DNA of 64,000 nucleotides from Vicinamibacteria bacterium (GTDB lineage Bacteria > Acidobacteriota > Vicinamibacteria > Vicinamibacterales > JAMQPK01): assembly GCA_031371345.1 (NCBI GenBank), contig JANMJM010000127.1, positions 133 to 64,132 on the forward strand. The letters run 5' to 3'. Numbering within the stretch: the first letter of the stretch is position 1; each line of letters starts with the position of its first letter. Below the pieces are notes generated by a model. That model ran no database searches. It was given only the letters and a program-made list of their open reading frames with translations, and was not told the origin of the DNA. Below, piece by piece: positions 60,176-64,000 of the stretch. The translations under genes and the position numbers were made by a program.

Positions 60176-62141
60176 GAGATTGATGATGAACATCGCCCGA
60201 ACCTCTCATCCCAGCGTTCTGCGCACTGTGGCCGTCGCCATCCTTATCGTGATGGTGCTCCCGCCGTTCCTCCCCACGCGTGGCGTGGTCGTGGCGAACG
60301 GCGAAGTCGACATGAGCCCCGCAACCGAGCAGATCTTTTTGCTCGTGGGCCGCTCGACCATCATCCGCACCGATCGCCCCATCGCGCGCGTGTCGGTCTC
60401 GACACCCGACATCGCCGATGCGATGGTCACGGCTCCACGCGAGCTGCTGGTCCACGGGAAAACGCCCGGCACCATCTCGTTGCTCGTCTGGAACGACAAC
60501 GGACGCATTACCTCGTACGAAGTTGCGGTTCGTCGCGATTTGAGTCCGCTCGATGCCCAAATCAAGAGGCAGTTTCCTGACGAACAGATCGCCGTCGCCA
60601 GCAACGGCAAAGACGTCGTGCTGTCGGGCATCGTCTCGACCAAGTACGTCGTCGATCGCGCGTCTTCACTCGCGGTGGGCTACGTCGACAAAGCCGAGAA
60701 CGTCGTCAACTTGCTCCGCCAGCAGGAAAGCACGCTCACCAATCAGGTGATGCTCAAGGTGCGGTTCGCCGAAGTGAGCCGCAGCGCAATCCAGGAGCTC
60801 GGCGCGTCGTTCTTTACCGGGCCCAACGGCAAAGGTGACTGGATTGCGCGCGGCACGACGCAGCAGTTTCCGGCCCCGACCTTCGATAAGGACAAAGGGC
60901 TCGTCTTCAGCGATTTCCTGAATTTATTTGCGTTCAACACCGAAGAGCAGCTCGGTCTTGTCGTGCGTGCACTCAAGAACAAGGGCTTGTTTGAGAGCTT
61001 AGCGGAGCCCAATCTGATCACGCAGGATGGAGTCGAGGCGAGCTTCCTTGCCGGCGGCGAGTTTCCCTACCCTGTCGTTCAGGGCGGCGGCGCCAACGCG
61101 TCAGTCACGATCATGTTCAAAGAATTCGGCGTTCGTCTGAAATTCACGCCGACGATTACGGCGGGCGACATGGTCCACTTGAAGGTCGCGCCAGAAGTGA
61201 GCACGCTCGACTTCAGCAACTCCGTCACTCTTCAAGGCTTCAGCGTGCCGGCCCTCGCCACACGCCGTACAGAAACACAGGTCGAGCTTCGGGACGGCCA
61301 GACGTTCGCGATCGCCGGACTCCTCGATCGCAACGTGAACGAGACCCTGGAGCGCGTGCCGGGTATCGGCGACATTCCGATCCTCGGGTATCTGTTCCGC
61401 AGCCAGAAATATAAGAAGAACCACACCGAACTGGTCGTGATGATTACGCCGCACATCGTTCGCCGTGGCGAGTCCGGCGTGACGCCGAATTTGCCGGCTC
61501 TGGATCAGCCATTCCTGCAGGTGCCCAATAAAAAGGTTCCACAGCCTCCGCCGGCTTTCTCCAATCCTACGTCGGGGCAGGATCAGGGTGCACCGGCGCG
61601 CAGCGTCGTCTCCAATGCACCATCCATCGAGCCGGCCGCACCTGACGTTCGCGTAAACGACAACGAGCGCAAGGCGGCCGACAAGGCGATTAAGGATCTG
61701 GCAAGACAGCAGGCGGTGCTCTCGCAGCAGCAACAAAAGCAGAGTGCGGCCTCACAGCGCACGGCGGCGGTGCAGGCCAGGCAGGAACAGGAACACACCC
61801 GAGAAGCTGCCAAGATCGAAGCGGCGCGCGCAGCGAAAGATCAGCAGGCCGCGGCACGTCAACAGGCGATCGACGCCGAACGTCAGAAGCGCGAGCAGAA
61901 AATCTCGGAGAAGCGCGCGGCCGAGCAGGCGATTGTAGACCGTAAGCGCTGGATGGAGCAGCAGGCACAGGCCGCGGAAGCGAAAGAAGCCGCCGACAAG
62001 CTGGCGAGGGAACAGGAAAAAATCAAGAAGGAACAGGACCGGCTCGCTAAGGAACAGGCGGCGCGTCAGAGCGAATTGGCCCGGTTGGTCTCGCAATACC
62101 GGAAGCTCACCGAACCCCAGACGACGCAACCGTCGCAATAG
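60168..62141 (+). CDS. cpaC: Tad secretin CpaC/RcpA with a long C-terminal coiled-coil extension
   Basis: 657 aa. It has a BON-like N-domain and a secretin core (GQTFAIAGLLDRNVNETLERVPGIGDIPILGYLFRS...ELVVMITPHIV). About 220 extra residues follow, including a Q/A/K/E-rich helix (aa ~497-645). Confidence 0.9.
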   Translation: MDRRLMMNIARTSHPSVLRTVAVAILIVMVLPPFLPTRGVVVANGEVDMSPATEQIFLLVGRSTIIRTDRPIARVSVSTPDIADAMVTAPRELLVHGKTPGTISLLVWNDNGRITSYEVAVRRDLSPLDAQIKRQFPDEQIAVASNGKDVVLSGIVSTKYVVDRASSLAVGYVDKAENVVNLLRQQESTLTNQVMLKVRFAEVSRSAIQELGASFFTGPNGKGDWIARGTTQQFPAPTFDKDKGLVFSDFLNLFAFNTEEQLGLVVRALKNKGLFESLAEPNLITQDGVEASFLAGGEFPYPVVQGGGANASVTIMFKEFGVRLKFTPTITAGDMVHLKVAPEVSTLDFSNSVTLQGFSVPALATRRTETQVELRDGQTFAIAGLLDRNVNETLERVPGIGDIPILGYLFRSQKYKKNHTELVVMITPHIVRRGESGVTPNLPALDQPFLQVPNKKVPQPPPAFSNPTSGQDQGAPARSVVSNAPSIEPAAPDVRVNDNERKAADKAIKDLARQQAVLSQQQQKQSAASQRTAAVQARQEQEHTREAAKIEAARAAKDQQAAARQQAIDAERQKREQKISEKRAAEQAIVDRKRWMEQQAQAAEAKEAADKLAREQEKIKKEQDRLAKEQAARQSELARLVSQYRKLTEPQTTQPSQ

Positions 62142-62164
62142 CGTCATTTTCACCGGAGGCGAGC

Positions 62165-63319
62165 ATGAGCAGGCTTCAACAAAAACTGCGGGACGAGCGG
62201 GGTATGACGGTCGTGATGGTGGGCGTCGGTTTTCTGGCGTTCATGAGCGCGACGATGCTGGCCATCGACGTCGGCCAGATGATGGTCGCGCGCACGCAGT
62301 CGCAGAGCGCGGCCGACGCCGGGGCTCTCGCGGGCGCCGTCGCGCTCGCGTTCGACAACTACGACGATCGATCGGCGGGCGGCCCGGCCGTGCAGAACGC
62401 GATTGAGGCAGCGCGGTCGACGTCGAATAACGTCGTGAACGCAAAGACCTCCGTCATCGCAAGCGACGTGACGTTTCCCGCCATCGACAAGGTCCGCGTG
62501 GTCGTGCAGAGCAGCGCCGCGCGGGGGAATCCTATCTCGATGTTCATCGCCCCGATCATCGGCATCAACACCGCCAATGTGGGCGCGATCGCCACAGCGC
62601 AAGTGATGCCGGCCAACGCGATGACCTGCGTGAAGCCGTTTACGATTCCCGACAAGTGGGTCGAAAACCAGACACCGCCATGGGATTCGACCGATACGTT
62701 CGACGCGTTCGACAAAAAGGGAAACCCGATTGCGAATCCCGACGTCTACATCCCGAAAGGGGATCCAGCGAACCCAAATCCCAATTACTCGGGGTACGAC
62801 CAGAAGCGCGATACGGGCACGCTGCTCACGCTGAAGGCCGGCACCGGCAACAACATCGAGCCGAGCTTTTATTTCGCCTGGGCGATTCCGGGGAGTGGCG
62901 GCGCCAGTGATTACCGCTGGAACATCGGCAACTGCAATACGACCGTCATCGGCTTCGATTTTCTCGAAACAGCTGAGCCAGGAAACATGGTCGGGCCGAC
63001 CAAACAGGGCATGGACGATCTGATCGCACGCGATCCGAGCGCCTACTGGGATGCGACCAACAAGAGAGTGGTCAGCGATATTCATCCGAGCCCTCGGGTA
63101 GTGGCGATTCCCGTGTTTGATCCGGTGTACTACGAGAGCGGCAAAGTGAACGGCCGGAATGCCGATCTGAAGGCGGTCAACTACATCGGATTTTTCATCG
63201 ATCGTATGGTAGGCAACGACGTGCGGGGGTACATTACGCCGATCGGTGGCCTCTATAAAGGTAATGGCGGCCCGACGCCGCCTGGCGCGTTTCCAAAAGC
63301 AATCGTCCTGGTCGAATAG
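62165..63319 (+). CDS. tadG: TadG-like pilus assembly protein
   Basis: 384 aa: DERGMTVVMVGVGFLAFMSATMLAIDVGQMMVARTQSQSAADAGALAGA, the Tad_N motif. Confidence 0.8.
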   Translation: MSRLQQKLRDERGMTVVMVGVGFLAFMSATMLAIDVGQMMVARTQSQSAADAGALAGAVALAFDNYDDRSAGGPAVQNAIEAARSTSNNVVNAKTSVIASDVTFPAIDKVRVVVQSSAARGNPISMFIAPIIGINTANVGAIATAQVMPANAMTCVKPFTIPDKWVENQTPPWDSTDTFDAFDKKGNPIANPDVYIPKGDPANPNPNYSGYDQKRDTGTLLTLKAGTGNNIEPSFYFAWAIPGSGGASDYRWNIGNCNTTVIGFDFLETAEPGNMVGPTKQGMDDLIARDPSAYWDATNKRVVSDIHPSPRVVAIPVFDPVYYESGKVNGRNADLKAVNYIGFFIDRMVGNDVRGYITPIGGLYKGNGGPTPPGAFPKAIVLVE

Positions 63320-63329
63320 CGGCGCTGAC

Positions 63330-64000
63330 ATGGCACAACTAACGGCTCTGATCAATAGCGGGGACGCTGAGTTTCGTTCCTATGTGACGAAACTTCTACG
63401 GTCGTCCTCTGTCTCAGTAGGCATCGTCGACGAGCGTCACGCCACCAGCAGTCCGCCCGCGCTGGCGGTCGTGGACATCCGCACCGGATCAACCAAGAGC
63501 GTGGACTCAATCGAACGATTGCGCGCGGCGGTGCCTGCCGCCACAATCTTCGCGATCGCCTCCACCGCCCAGCCCGACCAGATTCTGCAGGCCATGCGCG
63601 CCGGCGCGAACGAGTACCTCTCCTGGGGGCCGTCGCTCGAAGAAGCTTTTCTCACGGCCATCGACCGAACGGCGCAGCGCATGCGGTCGAAGGACGGCGC
63701 GCGTTCGAGCATTGTTCTCTCGTTTTTCGGCGCGAAGGGCGGCGCTGGCACGACGACGCTGGCGGTCAACACCGCGATCGAGATCGCGCGCGTCTCCAAA
63801 CACCCGACGCTCATCATCGACCTTCATCAGTTCATCGGCGAGGTGTCGCTGTTTCTCGGCGTGCGGCCCCGATTCACGCTCGTGGATGCGCTCGACAACC
63901 TGCACCGGCTCGATGCGGAGTTCTTGCGCGAGCTCGTCGTGAAGCACAACTCCGGCCTGGACATTCTCGCCGGCGGCGAGCACATCGACCGCCCCGGTCC
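63330..64000 (+). CDS. cpaE: CpaE/TadZ (receiver-like domain + MinD/ParA-type ATPase), 5' part; runs off the right edge
   Basis: Not in the ORF track because there is no stop. ATG 63330 opens MAQLTALINSGDAEFRSYV...ALAVVDIRTG... followed by FFGAKGGAGTTTLAVNTAIEIA (deviant Walker A). Confidence 0.85.
   Translation, partial: MAQLTALINSGDAEFRSYVTKLLRSSSVSVGIVDERHATSSPPALAVVDIRTGSTKSVDSIERLRAAVPAATIFAIASTAQPDQILQAMRAGANEYLSWGPSLEEAFLTAIDRTAQRMRSKDGARSSIVLSFFGAKGGAGTTTLAVNTAIEIARVSKHPTLIIDLHQFIGEVSLFLGVRPRFTLVDALDNLHRLDAEFLRELVVKHNSGLDILAGGEHIDRPG

Noticed and set aside
62150-63355. 401-aa minus-strand ORF opposite tadG
   Set aside because: It is a shadow ORF. The plus-strand frame carries the TadG N-terminal motif and fits the Tad operon.

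Overview
GC-rich bacterial chromosomal segment. It is mostly housekeeping and is densely coded on both strands. The gene content points to an Acidobacteriota-like diderm: a CarboxypepD_reg-type TonB-dependent receptor, PEGA, BON, GYD and DinB accessory genes, an LPS-core heptose cluster and a Tad/Flp locus. This taxonomic call is an inference only.

Gene order, left to right:
- yacL-like (partial), radA, alr, dnaB, rplI, rpsR, rpsF, pth, rplY, prs, tRNA-Gln, ispE, a lolB-slot lipoprotein and a TPR protein, all on the minus strand.
- An LPS-core cluster (trm112-like, GT9, O-antigen-ligase-like, hldA, GT-C).
- A heme-c/Vgb-like propeller fusion, then purH and a csp gene with a structured leader.
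- A 12-gene nuo cluster, nuoABCDEF-HJKLMN.
- yajQ, a TonB-dependent receptor, dinB-like, murJ, BON, phoD, GYD, LLM oxidoreductase, cyclophilin and an aminotransferase.
- pilT with a coupled unknown gene, CBS, tetR plus a PQQ quinohemoprotein, and two membrane proteins.
- A three-gene operon divergent from a Tad/Flp pilus locus (flp, cpaA, tadE, cpaB, cpaC, tadG, cpaE...) that runs off the right edge.

No transposase, integrase, CRISPR array or rRNA was seen.

Most notable observations:
1. The operon divergent from the Tad locus encodes a 955-aa pseudo-receiver/coiled-coil/TM/PEGA protein, and the Tad secretin carries a long coiled-coil tail.
2. The nuo cluster cleanly lacks nuoG and nuoI, has an in-frame TAG inside nuoB, and has a tandem-repeat hairpin between nuoD and nuoE.
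3. A set of long, GC-poor intergenic hairpins is built from short tandem words, and the same words recur at distant loci.
4. Several genes have conserved N-termini that lack a canonical start codon or need a frameshift.

Small-motif coordinates were hand-indexed against ORF anchors and may be off by 1-2 nt.
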